The notes below the pieces were generated by a model. It was not told the origin of the DNA, made no database searches, and saw only the letters and a program-made list of their open reading frames with translations. The position numbers were made by a program, and so were the translations under genes. Source: Planctomycetota bacterium (GTDB lineage: Bacteria; Planctomycetota; GCA-002687715; DRQF01). From it: a stretch of 45,486 nt of DNA. The stretch spans positions 1 to 45,486 of the forward strand of contig JAZGFI010000144.1 in the NCBI GenBank assembly GCA_036479435.1, given 5' to 3'. This document shows, piece by piece, positions 8,964-18,772 of the stretch; within the stretch, counting starts at the first letter, position 1, and the number at the start of each line of letters is the position of its first letter.

Positions 8964-11438
8964 ATGGCAAAAGTCATCGTTTCAGATGCCGACGGAGAGC
9001 GCGAAGTCGCTCTTAGCGGCGATCGCATGTCCATCGGCAGGGTTGCCAAGGGCAATGACATCGTCATTAAGGTTGCCGAAGCTTCGCGTCAGCACTGCGC
9101 CCTCATCAAAGAGGGGAAGGTGTGGTTCATCGAAGACGCAAAAAGCAGCAACGGTACCCGAGTCAACGGCCGCAAAGTCACAAAGTTTGAGCTGCAAGAT
9201 GGCGACGAAATCACCGTGGGCGTCGCTTCGCTGCGTTTTTTGGACAGCGACGTCGTGGCGCTGAGCGCCGAACCGGAGCTCGAACTTGACGATGATCTCG
9301 ACCTTGAGATTAGTCTGGACGAACCGGGCTCCATTCGATTTCTGAACACGGACCGCGAAGACGAAAAGATCGAAATTCATAGCCGGCTCACGATCGGCCG
9401 CCGTTCCAATAGCGACCTTGAGCTGACGGTCAAGGGTGTCTCGGGCACGCACGCTGAGATCGTGAACGAAGGCGGCGAATGGCTCTTGCGCGACCTTGGC
9501 AGCACCAACGGTACGATGCTCGAAGGCGAGAAAGTCGCTGAGGCCAGACTTGAGCCAGGTCTGCGAGTCGGCGTCGGGATCGCCCAGTTCGTCTTTGGCA
9601 TCGGCCAAGATGAAGGCGATGGCGTCGTCCTTGATTTGGCGGAGGCCCCGGTTTCGGAAGCTGGCGGCGAAGTGTTCGCTATCTCTGAAAAGAACTACAA
9701 GAAAAAACAGAAGGCGGCGCTCCTGATCTGGCTGGTGCTCGTCGCCGCCGCAGGCGTCGGAATATGGTATTGGCTGACCCAAGAGAGCGGTGGGGCGGGA
9801 AGCATCGTCAAGGTTCAAAGCCGCCCCGGCAACATGCTCGGCCCGGCCTCGTCGTTCGAGCCGCAGGACGAGGCGGAAATCACGGATCTGTTTGAGACAG
9901 ATTCTGATGCGCTCGACTTTGGAGAGTCGCAGCGATTCCGGCACTCTGGTCTTCAATCGCTAGAAGTTGAGGCCAACGGAGGCCCCGGAGTTCACGAGAT
10001 CTATTATGTCGCCGGACTGGGTTCGGTGGCCGCCGCGGAGCAGATCGAAATCGGGGGATTTTTCCGTACGGCGGGCCTGGATGGACTTTGTGGACTCGGG
10101 TTGGCTTGGTTCGATCGCAACGACCGCCGCCTGGGCGCTTCCTATATCAACGCAGCTTTGGATAGCTCTGACTTCACCGAGATACGAGGTGTCCTGACCG
10201 CGCCAGAGGGCTGTGCGAAAGCCGGATTCGTGCTGACGGCGACGGATGCGCAGGGACGATTTCAGGTCGATGACATCTTCGCTGTACGTCGCCGTGGGGA
10301 CGGCCGCGAAGTTCTTGCGATCGCGGGTTTTGAGCTGCAGCTCGACGCGGCGGGGCAGCTTGGCGTTTCGCGCGATAGCGCGGAGGTCGCCGTCTCGGGC
10401 AGTTTTGCCCGTCTTGACCGCGGCAACGAAGGCAGCGGTCGTTTGCTGCTGCTCGCAGCTCTTGCGGTTTTGGAGTCCCGAGAAGCCAGCGGCAACGCGG
10501 TCACCACGACGGGCTACCTGCGCCTTGACGGCAGCCTTTTTGCCATCGAGCAAAAGTTAAGTCTAAGCGACGGAGGCTTTCAGTATGAGTGTTCGAGCGC
10601 CGCGGGAAAAACAGCGGCGTCTCCGACTCATTTCGCCTGGGAAGTTCCCGTAGACGAAGGACTCGTCGCCGTGACCGAAGGCCTTGCGCTGCGCAAGAAC
10701 GACGACTTCAGACAGGAGAGAGTCTCGTCCCTTGTCATTGGCAACGGCGCTCGCGCGATGCGAGTTGAGTTCGAGGGCACGAGCACGGTTGCCATGAGCA
10801 CGCTTCAGGGGAGAAGCTATCTCCTTTTTCCGCTCAAGAATGCAGACGGCAGCAAGAGCCTGAGCTTCAAAGCTCAGCTTGACTTTTCCGGTGAACGCGA
10901 AGAAGTGACGCGCCTCTACGATGCGGCAGAACGCGCGGATTTGGTGGAGAAGCGCTACGGACAGGCGATCATCGGTTATCGAGATATCGTCGACCGATTC
11001 TCTTACCGCAAGGATCTCGCTCTGCGGGCTGAGGCTCGCCACACCGCCTTGCGTCAACAAGGCGAAGACCTCGCCCAAGATCTCGCCGCCAAAGCTAACA
11101 GCATCAAGTTCTTCGGCACTTACGCCTACGACTACGACGCCTTCGTCGGTAAGAGTGCGGCGGAAGTTGGGCGCTGGGAGGGCAGTGAAGTCGCTACCCG
11201 TATCCAGGCCACTACCGATGACCTCGGTAAGTCATGGAGCGAGCGTCGGACGCAAGAAAAGGCGAGTACTGCTCGCGTCCATTTGGCGCGCGGCAACGAT
11301 CTCATGACCGAGGGCCGTTCGCTGCCAGTATTGGCGCGTGGATTCTTCTTGTCCGTCATCGCGTTGGTTCCGGACTCAGAAGAAGGGCACGAAGCGCAAG
11401 CGCAGTTGAAAAAAATCAAGACCCTTTTGGGTCGTTAA
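8964..11438 (+). CDS. Membrane protein: two cytoplasmic FHA domains, one TM helix, putative periplasmic carbohydrate-binding-like (CBM4/9-type) domain and helical C-terminus
   Basis: FHA1 IGRV..SRQH..SSNGTRVNG; FHA2 IGRRS..SGTHA..DLGSTNGT; TM AALLIWLVLVAAAGVGIWYWL after KKKQK; NMLGPASSFE..SGLQSL..AWFD..FQVDD resembles a galactose-binding jelly roll. RBS GGGAG upstream. Confidence 0.75.
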   Translation: MAKVIVSDADGEREVALSGDRMSIGRVAKGNDIVIKVAEASRQHCALIKEGKVWFIEDAKSSNGTRVNGRKVTKFELQDGDEITVGVASLRFLDSDVVALSAEPELELDDDLDLEISLDEPGSIRFLNTDREDEKIEIHSRLTIGRRSNSDLELTVKGVSGTHAEIVNEGGEWLLRDLGSTNGTMLEGEKVAEARLEPGLRVGVGIAQFVFGIGQDEGDGVVLDLAEAPVSEAGGEVFAISEKNYKKKQKAALLIWLVLVAAAGVGIWYWLTQESGGAGSIVKVQSRPGNMLGPASSFEPQDEAEITDLFETDSDALDFGESQRFRHSGLQSLEVEANGGPGVHEIYYVAGLGSVAAAEQIEIGGFFRTAGLDGLCGLGLAWFDRNDRRLGASYINAALDSSDFTEIRGVLTAPEGCAKAGFVLTATDAQGRFQVDDIFAVRRRGDGREVLAIAGFELQLDAAGQLGVSRDSAEVAVSGSFARLDRGNEGSGRLLLLAALAVLESREASGNAVTTTGYLRLDGSLFAIEQKLSLSDGGFQYECSSAAGKTAASPTHFAWEVPVDEGLVAVTEGLALRKNDDFRQERVSSLVIGNGARAMRVEFEGTSTVAMSTLQGRSYLLFPLKNADGSKSLSFKAQLDFSGEREEVTRLYDAAERADLVEKRYGQAIIGYRDIVDRFSYRKDLALRAEARHTALRQQGEDLAQDLAAKANSIKFFGTYAYDYDAFVGKSAAEVGRWEGSEVATRIQATTDDLGKSWSERRTQEKASTARVHLARGNDLMTEGRSLPVLARGFFLSVIALVPDSEEGHEAQAQLKKIKTLLGR

Positions 11439-11465
11439 CGAAAAGTCACTGTTGAAGGAGGCTGA

Positions 11466-13166
11466 ATGGCCCTTCTGACTGGAATTGACCCCGGTACCTA
11501 CTCGATCAAGGTGCTGCAGGGGCAGATGAGCGGACCGCTCTTCAAACTTACCCGCGCCATCGAGGTGCCGGTGGAAGCAGATGGCGACGTGGAAGTCTCT
11601 ATCTTGCAAGAAATCCAAGCCTCGCTGCCCGCGCAGAAGCTCAAGCCGGGGGTGAACCGGCTCGGCATCACGGGCCGCGATCTCATGATTCGCTACACCA
11701 ACGTCCCGCCGGTGCCCCTGTGGCGCCTGAAGATGTTGATGGATTTCGAAATCCAAGACATGGCGTCTTCGAGTGGCGACCCCTTGGCCTCGGACTACAA
11801 TATCCTCACCAACGAAACGGAAGACGGCGACGAGACCGTGCTCGTTGGACTGGTGAAGAGTCACTTTCTTGAGTCGCGCATTCGTGCCCTGACCGGCTCG
11901 GGAATTGGCTTTCAGTCGGCCAGCCCCAACTGTGTCGCCTTGTTTAACGCCTACCTCGCCTTCGGCGAGCGCGTCGACGACGAGTTCACCTTCTTGTTGG
12001 ATATCGGCGACAAGAACCTCGAGATGGCGGTGCAAAAGGACGGCGAGCTCATTTTCGCTCGCAACCTCGCGGGCGGAGGCGATCTTTTCACCCAAGCGAT
12101 CGCCGACTCCTGGAGCGTCTCCACCGAAAAGGCTCGCGAGCTGAAACACGAGTACGGCAACGTGACCCCGCGCGGACGCGCGTCGTATTCTTCCAGTAGT
12201 GAGGAAAAAGTCGCCAACGCCATCATGGGTGTTGCCGGTCAGTTGGCGGGCATGGTTCAGTCGACCATTAACTTTGCCCGCGCCCAGAGCGGTCATCGCG
12301 ACATGCAAATCGGGCGCGTGTTGCTCTCCGGCGGCGGGGCGTCCTTGCCCGGCCTCGAGGAGTACCTCGCCGGAAATCTCAAAACCCAAGTCGAAGTGTT
12401 TCGTCCCGACGCGGGCATTGATTTCTCCGCGCTGCCCGCCGATGAGCGCGAGCTCTTCGAAGCCGATCCTGCCGCATTCGTCATCCCCTTGGGCCTGGCC
12501 CGCATGAGTGACGACGCCGAGGCCTTCGGCTTGGATCTCATCCCCGAAAAAATCAAGAGCAAGCGCGCTTTCACTCAGCGCACGCTGTTCATGATTCTCG
12601 CTGGTGTTGCCGCCGCCTGTTTCTTGGGATTTTTGTGGTGGGACCTCGGCCAAAAAGCCTCGGATAGCGCCGCGAAGTTGAAGCAAGCCAAAAGCGCAGA
12701 ACGTCGCGTGACCCGCATCCGCAAAAATTACGAGGATCGCGTGCAGGCGGCCGAACTGGTCCGGGACAAGATTTCTCGGATCGCCGAAGAGTCTAAAAGT
12801 GGTCCTTACTTGTTGCGCGGCCTCAAGCTGGTGCAGAGTAACGCGCCCGAATCGGTTTGGATTAGCTACGTCGAAACGTCATCGCGTTCCGTATCCCCTC
12901 CCGGACAAGAAGGAAATCGCAACGCGCAAATCGAAAAGAGCATCGTCCGCGTACGCGGACGTATTCGCCAGCTTGGCTCGCGCGTCACGACCACCTTCAA
13001 CAAGTACATTGAGGACGTTCGAAACGACGCCGCGAAACCCGTGGTCGTGATGGTGCGCCGTCCCGACGAATCCGGTGGCGATTTTGAGTTCACGATCGAT
13101 TTCGAGGGTTGGCCGGCCATGGCCGATGCCGACTTGGGCGACGAAGATGGAGGGGAAGCCCGATGA
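11466..13166 (+). CDS. pilM: PilM-like actin-fold assembly protein fused to a PilN-like TM/periplasmic domain (GspL-like architecture)
   Basis: GIDPGTYSIK, LLDIGDKN, FARNLAGGG..FTQAI, VLLSGGGASLPGLEEYL, PLGLA; then LDLIPE + TM + coiled coil + PESVWI (PilN-type). Strong RBS AAGGAGG. Confidence 0.85.
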   Translation: MALLTGIDPGTYSIKVLQGQMSGPLFKLTRAIEVPVEADGDVEVSILQEIQASLPAQKLKPGVNRLGITGRDLMIRYTNVPPVPLWRLKMLMDFEIQDMASSSGDPLASDYNILTNETEDGDETVLVGLVKSHFLESRIRALTGSGIGFQSASPNCVALFNAYLAFGERVDDEFTFLLDIGDKNLEMAVQKDGELIFARNLAGGGDLFTQAIADSWSVSTEKARELKHEYGNVTPRGRASYSSSSEEKVANAIMGVAGQLAGMVQSTINFARAQSGHRDMQIGRVLLSGGGASLPGLEEYLAGNLKTQVEVFRPDAGIDFSALPADERELFEADPAAFVIPLGLARMSDDAEAFGLDLIPEKIKSKRAFTQRTLFMILAGVAAACFLGFLWWDLGQKASDSAAKLKQAKSAERRVTRIRKNYEDRVQAAELVRDKISRIAEESKSGPYLLRGLKLVQSNAPESVWISYVETSSRSVSPPGQEGNRNAQIEKSIVRVRGRIRQLGSRVTTTFNKYIEDVRNDAAKPVVVMVRRPDESGGDFEFTIDFEGWPAMADADLGDEDGGEAR

Positions 13167-13984
13167 GCTTTGAAGAGATCTGGCAAGAACACAAGTCCTT
13201 CATCCTGACCTTGCTCGCGGGGGTCATCATTTTCTTCACGGCCCGCATGATCATTGTCGGTTCGTTTGAAGACGAAATCGGGCGTAACAATCGAGCGGCG
13301 TCGCGTGCGAGCAGTCAAGCTAAGCGCAATAAGGTGCAGCCAGGGGCCACGGCCGAGGCCAAGCGGAAGCACGAGGCCTTGGAAGCATCTTTGGCCAAGC
13401 TCGAACGCGAAATGGGCTACAAGCCCGCCACGGGTTTTACGCTCAAGGCCGCGGCCCGCGCTGGTGACCTTCATTTCAACGACATGGTGCAGAAGCTGCT
13501 CACGGGAGTTGTCGAGCCGGCGTCCTCGCTCGACATTCGACTTGATACCGGTTTGGGCCTTGGCGGCCGCACCCCTCGGAGCGACGTCGAGCGCGAGTGG
13601 TATCTCAATGGCCTCGACTTGGTGAACCGCATCTACCTCGCGGGGATCGCGAGTGCGGTCGAGAGCATTGAGCCCATCAAGATCAAGATCTTGCCGAAAA
13701 AGCGCCGCAATCGCGGCGAGGCGGCGAGGTATTTGAGGCCTTTAGCGGTGAGCTTCACCGCTCACGGTAGCCCGGCGGCTCTCGATCTCTTACTTCGGGA
13801 ATTGATGAAACCCGGGGCCAGGCTTTCCGTCGAAAAGGCGAGTCTTTTGTCTCTCGACAGCGACAAGAAGACGGTCATCCGCTTTGGTGGCGATGATATC
13901 GTAAGAATGGACATCGAAGTGAAGGCGCTGATCGTCGACCCCGACGGGGTGCCGGCCGTTTCAAAAAGTGGGGCACGGTCATGA
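13163..13984 (+). CDS. PilO/GspM-like inner-membrane assembly protein
   Basis: N-terminal TM, coiled coil, and PilO-like C-terminal pattern (LAVSFTAHGS..LDLLLREL..LSVEKASL). Follows pilMN with an ATGA overlap; start reassigned to ATG 13163. Confidence 0.6.
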   Translation: MSFEEIWQEHKSFILTLLAGVIIFFTARMIIVGSFEDEIGRNNRAASRASSQAKRNKVQPGATAEAKRKHEALEASLAKLEREMGYKPATGFTLKAAARAGDLHFNDMVQKLLTGVVEPASSLDIRLDTGLGLGGRTPRSDVEREWYLNGLDLVNRIYLAGIASAVESIEPIKIKILPKKRRNRGEAARYLRPLAVSFTAHGSPAALDLLLRELMKPGARLSVEKASLLSLDSDKKTVIRFGGDDIVRMDIEVKALIVDPDGVPAVSKSGARS

Positions 13985-16900
13985 AATTCAGCAAAGAGAA
14001 AATCGCCTTTTGCGTGGTGCTGTTGATTCTGCTCGGCTTGGGCTGGATGCAGTTCGCCTCCGGGAGCAAGAGCAAAAAGCCACGGCGTCGCCGCGGAAGA
14101 GTTCAGATCGGAAATCAGCTCGACCTCGACACGCTAGTGCCGGCCAAGGCCGAGATCTTCGGCGCGCAAGAAAAAAGCTGGAGTTTGGCCGCGCGAAACG
14201 TCTTTCGGGCCCCTAGTGACTACAGCTCTTTGCCGCCCGTCGCCTTGCCGGCGCCGCCTCGTCCAACTTTACCCGTGAGTGCTCCGGCACCCGTCCCCGG
14301 CCCCGATGCTTTTCGTCGCGTGGCCTGGGTTAAGGGGATTGATCCGGTATTCGGTGTCGTCTTGCCCGATCGCGAAGGCAGCAGCATTGACGATGTCTTT
14401 GCCGAGGAAGAGCCAGAGCCGGACGAAGCGGCGAGCGCGACATCTAAGCCTGCGAGCAGACGTGGTCGCCTCATCAGGGGAATTGACGACCTCCCCGAGG
14501 AGGTGGAAGAGCCGGTCCGCAAGCAAATCGAGGAAGCCCTCAAAAAAAGTGGGCTCGACCTTTCGGTTGAAGAGGGCATAACGAGTGGCCAAATCAAGGT
14601 CGTCTCGAATGTCCTTGGGGCACTTGAGGGGGCCGTGAAGGCCCAACAAGACAAAAATGGCAAAAAGAGAAAACCCACCGCGAGTGAGCGGCGGATCAAG
14701 AGCTTAGAAGAGCGCCTAAAGAAAAAGACGATCGAACGCATCCAAGAAGAGCGTCAAGAGATCGCGAAGACCGCACTGAACGAGGACTACAAAAAACAGC
14801 TCGACAAGATCAACTGGCCCGGTGAAATCTGGTACGGCCAGGTCCTGAACGACGCCGAGAAAAAAGCGGGCCAGTCAGGTTTGGACCGCTACCAGATCAA
14901 ACTAAAGATTGACGAGCTGCGCGCACAGGACAACCTCACCGAGCTACAGCTAGAGGGTAAACTCAAAGATCGCGATCTCGAAGTCGAGTTCCGCCGCTGG
15001 CGCAAGGGCAAGTTTGACCGCAAGCAGAAGCTGTCGGCCGCCAAGATTCGCTCGATTGATTTTGGTGATAGTCCGCTTCACAAGTTCGAAGTTGCCCGCC
15101 GGCGGATTCCGACCGATGAGTTCGGTGAGCAGGTCCGCCTGACTCGCGACTTGGTGAAGGCCGGATTGCATCCTCGTGCCGTCTCGCATCTTTTGAGCCT
15201 GCGCGACGCTGGCGCCAAGAGCCGTGAGTTTTTTGCCGCTCTGGCCGATGCGGCCCATCGCGCCTACAACTACGACGTTGAGATGGAGACGATATCCGAG
15301 GGGCTCGCTTTATTTCCTGAAGATATCGATCTCATTTCAGCGCGCGGCGAGATCTACTCGCGATTGGGTCTGGCCGACATGGCCGAGGCCGACTTTGCCA
15401 AGGCCCTTGAGAAAGAGGGGCGCTCTTCACTGGTCAACGCTCGATTCGGAAGACATCTTCTTGAGCGTGGTGGCCACCTTCGGGAATCTTCTGCTCGGGC
15501 GGCCTCGGTCTTGAGGAGGGCTCTCGACGGTCGCTTTGAGGTCGAAAGCGATCGCCTTCAAGTTGAAGCCATGCTGGCGCGTGCGCTCATGCAGGCCGGA
15601 AAGACGATGGATGCGCAGCGACGTTTTCAGGGTATCAACGATCGATTGCCCGCGGACGCGGATGGTCTGAAAGGCTTGGGCGTTAACGCCTACTTGTCCG
15701 GAGACATCGACGAAGCGAAGAAGAAGTTCAACGAGGTCTTGGAAGACAACCCGCTCGATGGGCCCGCGTACTACAACCTCGGCCTGTGTTATTTGCAGGC
15801 GAAGGAATGGCGCGAAGCTCGCGATTCTTTCCTCGACGCGGCCGAGGCCGATCCCCTGTTGGCGGCCCGGGCTAAACTCGCCGTTGGATACTTGCACGAG
15901 AAAATCGGCCGCTCGGCCGATGCCCAGAGCGCCTATTTGGAAGCCTACGAGGCCGACCCCTCAGATCCAGAAGTCGTGCGCGGCGCCGGCCGTGCGTACT
16001 TGCTGGCGGGTGACTATCTGCAGGCGCAGGAGTACTACGAACGAGCCCTGGCTTCGATGCCCGGCGAATTTGAGCTGCTGTTGGGCCTTTCGGAGACCAG
16101 TTTTCAGCTCGGTCGATCAGAAGCGGCGCTGCGTTACACCGACGCGGCCTTGGTTTTCGCCCCCAATAACGACGGCATGCATCTTCGTCGCGCTCAGATC
16201 TTGATGAAACTCGAGCGTGCCGAAGAGGCCAAGGCAAGCTTGGATCGCGCCAAAAAGATCCGCGATTCGAAGCTGGTCGAAGTGGCCTACGCCCACTACT
16301 ACTACTCGCTGGGGAACTTTGACGAGTCGTTGAAGCGCTTCCGCTCGGTCGCCAAGCGATTTGGCGAACAGGACGCGAGCCCTTTGTCGACCTACGTCCG
16401 CAACTACGAAGCCGAGATTGCGGACAACCTCGACAAGCAAGTTTGGAACGACCACTTCAATCGCGCCGCCACGGCGGGGGATTTACTTCGCGAATGGAAG
16501 TCCTACGCGCCAGGCAGTGGCATCCAGGTGACTTTGGCCGACAACAAGGTCGTTCTGCGTGGCAAACAACGTCAGTCCGAAGTTTGCTCCTGCGTCTTTC
16601 AGCAACGTCGCGGTAAGGAGTTCGTCTCGTTCGAAGCGGCGCTCGAAGCTGATCCGAATCGCGAGTTCACCGCGGGAATTGCAGCTTTCGTTTTTCGCGG
16701 CAAGCGCGGCAATCAAAACTCTTTCGTCGACTCGTTCTCCGGCGGCCTGGCCTTCGAGGGCCTAATCGTAGGGATGACCCCCGAGGGTCGCCTTGGCTAC
16801 CGCGTGGTGGCGAAGTATGAGCTCGGACCCTGGCAACCGGTCGGTTCCGAGACTTGGCCGAAGCCCGTTGAAGGCAAGGCAGTCCCGATTCGCCTGGGCA

Positions 16901-17100
16901 TCGAAGTGGACGACCAAAAAAAGGGTACCTATCGCATCTTGGTCAATGGCGAATCCGCTTTGGCCGGGATCGAAGTGAAGGGCCTTCAGCGCGCTGGTCG
17001 TGACATGCAGCTGTGGGCCTTCACGCAGTCTGAGATCGACAAGCGCGTCGAGTTGAGAGTGGATGATGTGCGCATCGTCACGCGAAAGGGCAAGAAATGA
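13981..17100 (+). CDS. Membrane-anchored TPR protein with PilP-like N-terminus and C-terminal beta-sandwich domain
   Basis: N-terminal TM, RNVFRAP (resembles PilP RDPF/RNPF), Pro-rich linker, coiled coil, many TPRs (e.g. AYYNLGLCYLQAKEWREA), beta-rich C-terminus ending VDDVRI. Confidence 0.7.
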   Translation: MKFSKEKIAFCVVLLILLGLGWMQFASGSKSKKPRRRRGRVQIGNQLDLDTLVPAKAEIFGAQEKSWSLAARNVFRAPSDYSSLPPVALPAPPRPTLPVSAPAPVPGPDAFRRVAWVKGIDPVFGVVLPDREGSSIDDVFAEEEPEPDEAASATSKPASRRGRLIRGIDDLPEEVEEPVRKQIEEALKKSGLDLSVEEGITSGQIKVVSNVLGALEGAVKAQQDKNGKKRKPTASERRIKSLEERLKKKTIERIQEERQEIAKTALNEDYKKQLDKINWPGEIWYGQVLNDAEKKAGQSGLDRYQIKLKIDELRAQDNLTELQLEGKLKDRDLEVEFRRWRKGKFDRKQKLSAAKIRSIDFGDSPLHKFEVARRRIPTDEFGEQVRLTRDLVKAGLHPRAVSHLLSLRDAGAKSREFFAALADAAHRAYNYDVEMETISEGLALFPEDIDLISARGEIYSRLGLADMAEADFAKALEKEGRSSLVNARFGRHLLERGGHLRESSARAASVLRRALDGRFEVESDRLQVEAMLARALMQAGKTMDAQRRFQGINDRLPADADGLKGLGVNAYLSGDIDEAKKKFNEVLEDNPLDGPAYYNLGLCYLQAKEWREARDSFLDAAEADPLLAARAKLAVGYLHEKIGRSADAQSAYLEAYEADPSDPEVVRGAGRAYLLAGDYLQAQEYYERALASMPGEFELLLGLSETSFQLGRSEAALRYTDAALVFAPNNDGMHLRRAQILMKLERAEEAKASLDRAKKIRDSKLVEVAYAHYYYSLGNFDESLKRFRSVAKRFGEQDASPLSTYVRNYEAEIADNLDKQVWNDHFNRAATAGDLLREWKSYAPGSGIQVTLADNKVVLRGKQRQSEVCSCVFQQRRGKEFVSFEAALEADPNREFTAGIAAFVFRGKRGNQNSFVDSFSGGLAFEGLIVGMTPEGRLGYRVVAKYELGPWQPVGSETWPKPVEGKAVPIRLGIEVDDQKKGTYRILVNGESALAGIEVKGLQRAGRDMQLWAFTQSEIDKRVELRVDDVRIVTRKGKK

Positions 17101-17762
17101 TCAGCCAAAAGCAGGGCCCGGAGGCCGGATTCACCTTGGTCGAGCTGCTCGTGGTGATTGCCATCATCGCGGTGATGGGCGGTTTTGGCATCACGATGCT
17201 GATGAGCGCGCGCGAGCAAGGCGATGACTTCGCCGTGCAAGGGTTCATTCAATCCGTCGATGCCACGCTGGAGCAATACAAGAACGATCGACGCATCGGT
17301 GTCTACCCTCCGTCGAGCCTCGATGGATTTGCGGGCCTCGGCAGCCAAAAGAACCGCACGAATCAGGGCATTGAAGCCTTGGTGGTGGCGCTCAACTCGC
17401 CCAACTTCAAAGCCACGCGCGTTCTTGAGGCCTTCGAGGGCGAAGAAAGCGTGTTGCAGATGGACAACCTCGACGGCGACCGTTCGGCCAAGAACCTCAC
17501 GATTCACGGCACTCGCGAACTATTCGAGATTCTCGATCCCTGGGGCAACCCCTTTGTGTACTTCAATGCGAATGACTACGCCAAGGCGGGCATTGGCAAG
17601 TACATGGTGATGAGCGAAGAGAATGGCGAATACGAAGTCACGGCCGTGAGGCCTTGGAAGAACCCCAAGACACAGAGCTTTTTTCGGCTCGATTCCTTTC
17701 AACTCTTCTCAGCGGGACCCGACATGAAGTTCAACACCGACGACGATATCGGTAACTGGTAG
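17097..17762 (+). CDS. Major pseudopilin, GspG-like
   Basis: Prepilin site AG|FTLVELLVVIAII, LEQYK..G.YP, DPWGNPFVY, C-terminal FSAGPDMKFNTDDDIGNW (GspG-type acidic loop). Confidence 0.88.
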   Translation: MISQKQGPEAGFTLVELLVVIAIIAVMGGFGITMLMSAREQGDDFAVQGFIQSVDATLEQYKNDRRIGVYPPSSLDGFAGLGSQKNRTNQGIEALVVALNSPNFKATRVLEAFEGEESVLQMDNLDGDRSAKNLTIHGTRELFEILDPWGNPFVYFNANDYAKAGIGKYMVMSEENGEYEVTAVRPWKNPKTQSFFRLDSFQLFSAGPDMKFNTDDDIGNW

Positions 17763-17767
17763 GTCCG

Positions 17768-18772
17768 GTGAGACAGACGCCTCACAACAAAACCCTTGAC
17801 CTCAAGAGCGCGGCGAAGGGGCATCCCGCTTCAGGTTTGACCTTGGCGGAACTGCTCGTCGTCTTGACGTTAATCGCGATGATTTCCGGTCTCGCGGTCG
17901 GCATGATTCGCCGTGGCGATGGTGGTTTGGGCAGTGAGGCGGACGCAAAATTACTGCGCTCGGCGATTCGCTTGGCGCGCAACACTGCCCGTCGCGGCGG
18001 CACGGGTGCGCAGGTCGTCGTCGACCCCAAGGAACGGCAGATCGAGATCGCCGAGGTCATTCCCGGTGGCGTTTGGCATTTCGAAGACGATACCGGTGCT
18101 CGCGGTGCGCGGATCTTGATCGAGGGCGATCTCGTCGAGAACGGTCGACTCGGAGGCGCCCTTAAAGTCAGTGGTGGCGTGACCGAGCTGGGTGAGTTCG
18201 CCTGGCAGCAACCCACCAACGGATTCCGCTTTCGAGTCTGGATCGCCCCGACGCAACCGGGCTCCGTGGTTTCACGCGAGGGCAACTTCTCGCTAAATTT
18301 AGACGACGAAGGTGCTTTGCGCGCCGACTTGTTTCTCGGGCTGCAAGGCGAAAACGTGAGCATCGAGACGCGAAAGGGCGTCATCCCCTTTGGCGCCTGG
18401 AGCCTCTGCGAACTTAGCTACGACCGCAGCTCATTCGAAATTCGCGTCAACGGGGTTCGCTATGCCCGCAAACTGCGACGCGATCCGGTGAAACGCGATG
18501 ACACCGGAGCCCTTCGGATCGGCGGCAACGGCTTCCAGGGTCTCGTCGATGAGGCTCGCTATGACCTCGCAGGTCCGAGCAACTATCAGGCTTTGGGCGG
18601 CAATACACTGATCGATTCCAAAGAGCGCATCATCTTGCATTTTGATGGCCGGGGAAGGTTGGACGCAAGATTCCATCGGGCCGCCGTGGTCGTCGTTCTG
18701 CGGCCGGATGACGACGATCCTGAGTCGCCCGTGGAAACCGTCCGCGTCGAATTGTCGGGAGCCATACGATGA
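17768..18772 (+). CDS. Minor pseudopilin, GspH/FimT-like, with an inserted LamG-like domain
   Basis: SG|LTLAELLVVL, IRLARNTA; LamG-type WHFED..FRVWI..LSYDR..VNG..LRIGGNGFQGLVDEARY; GspH-like tail LHFDGRG. Confidence 0.8.
   Translation: MRQTPHNKTLDLKSAAKGHPASGLTLAELLVVLTLIAMISGLAVGMIRRGDGGLGSEADAKLLRSAIRLARNTARRGGTGAQVVVDPKERQIEIAEVIPGGVWHFEDDTGARGARILIEGDLVENGRLGGALKVSGGVTELGEFAWQQPTNGFRFRVWIAPTQPGSVVSREGNFSLNLDDEGALRADLFLGLQGENVSIETRKGVIPFGAWSLCELSYDRSSFEIRVNGVRYARKLRRDPVKRDDTGALRIGGNGFQGLVDEARYDLAGPSNYQALGGNTLIDSKERIILHFDGRGRLDARFHRAAVVVVLRPDDDDPESPVETVRVELSGAIR

Noticed and set aside
6695..11438. Type VI or type III secretion assignment based on the FHA proteins
   Set aside because: No Tss or Sct core genes are in the window; the downstream genes are clearly of the type IV pilin family.
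11376..12686. 436-aa minus-strand ORF and similar shadows (e.g. 8982-9956, 39828-40676)
   Set aside because: Antisense to well-supported genes; typical GC-rich shadow frames.
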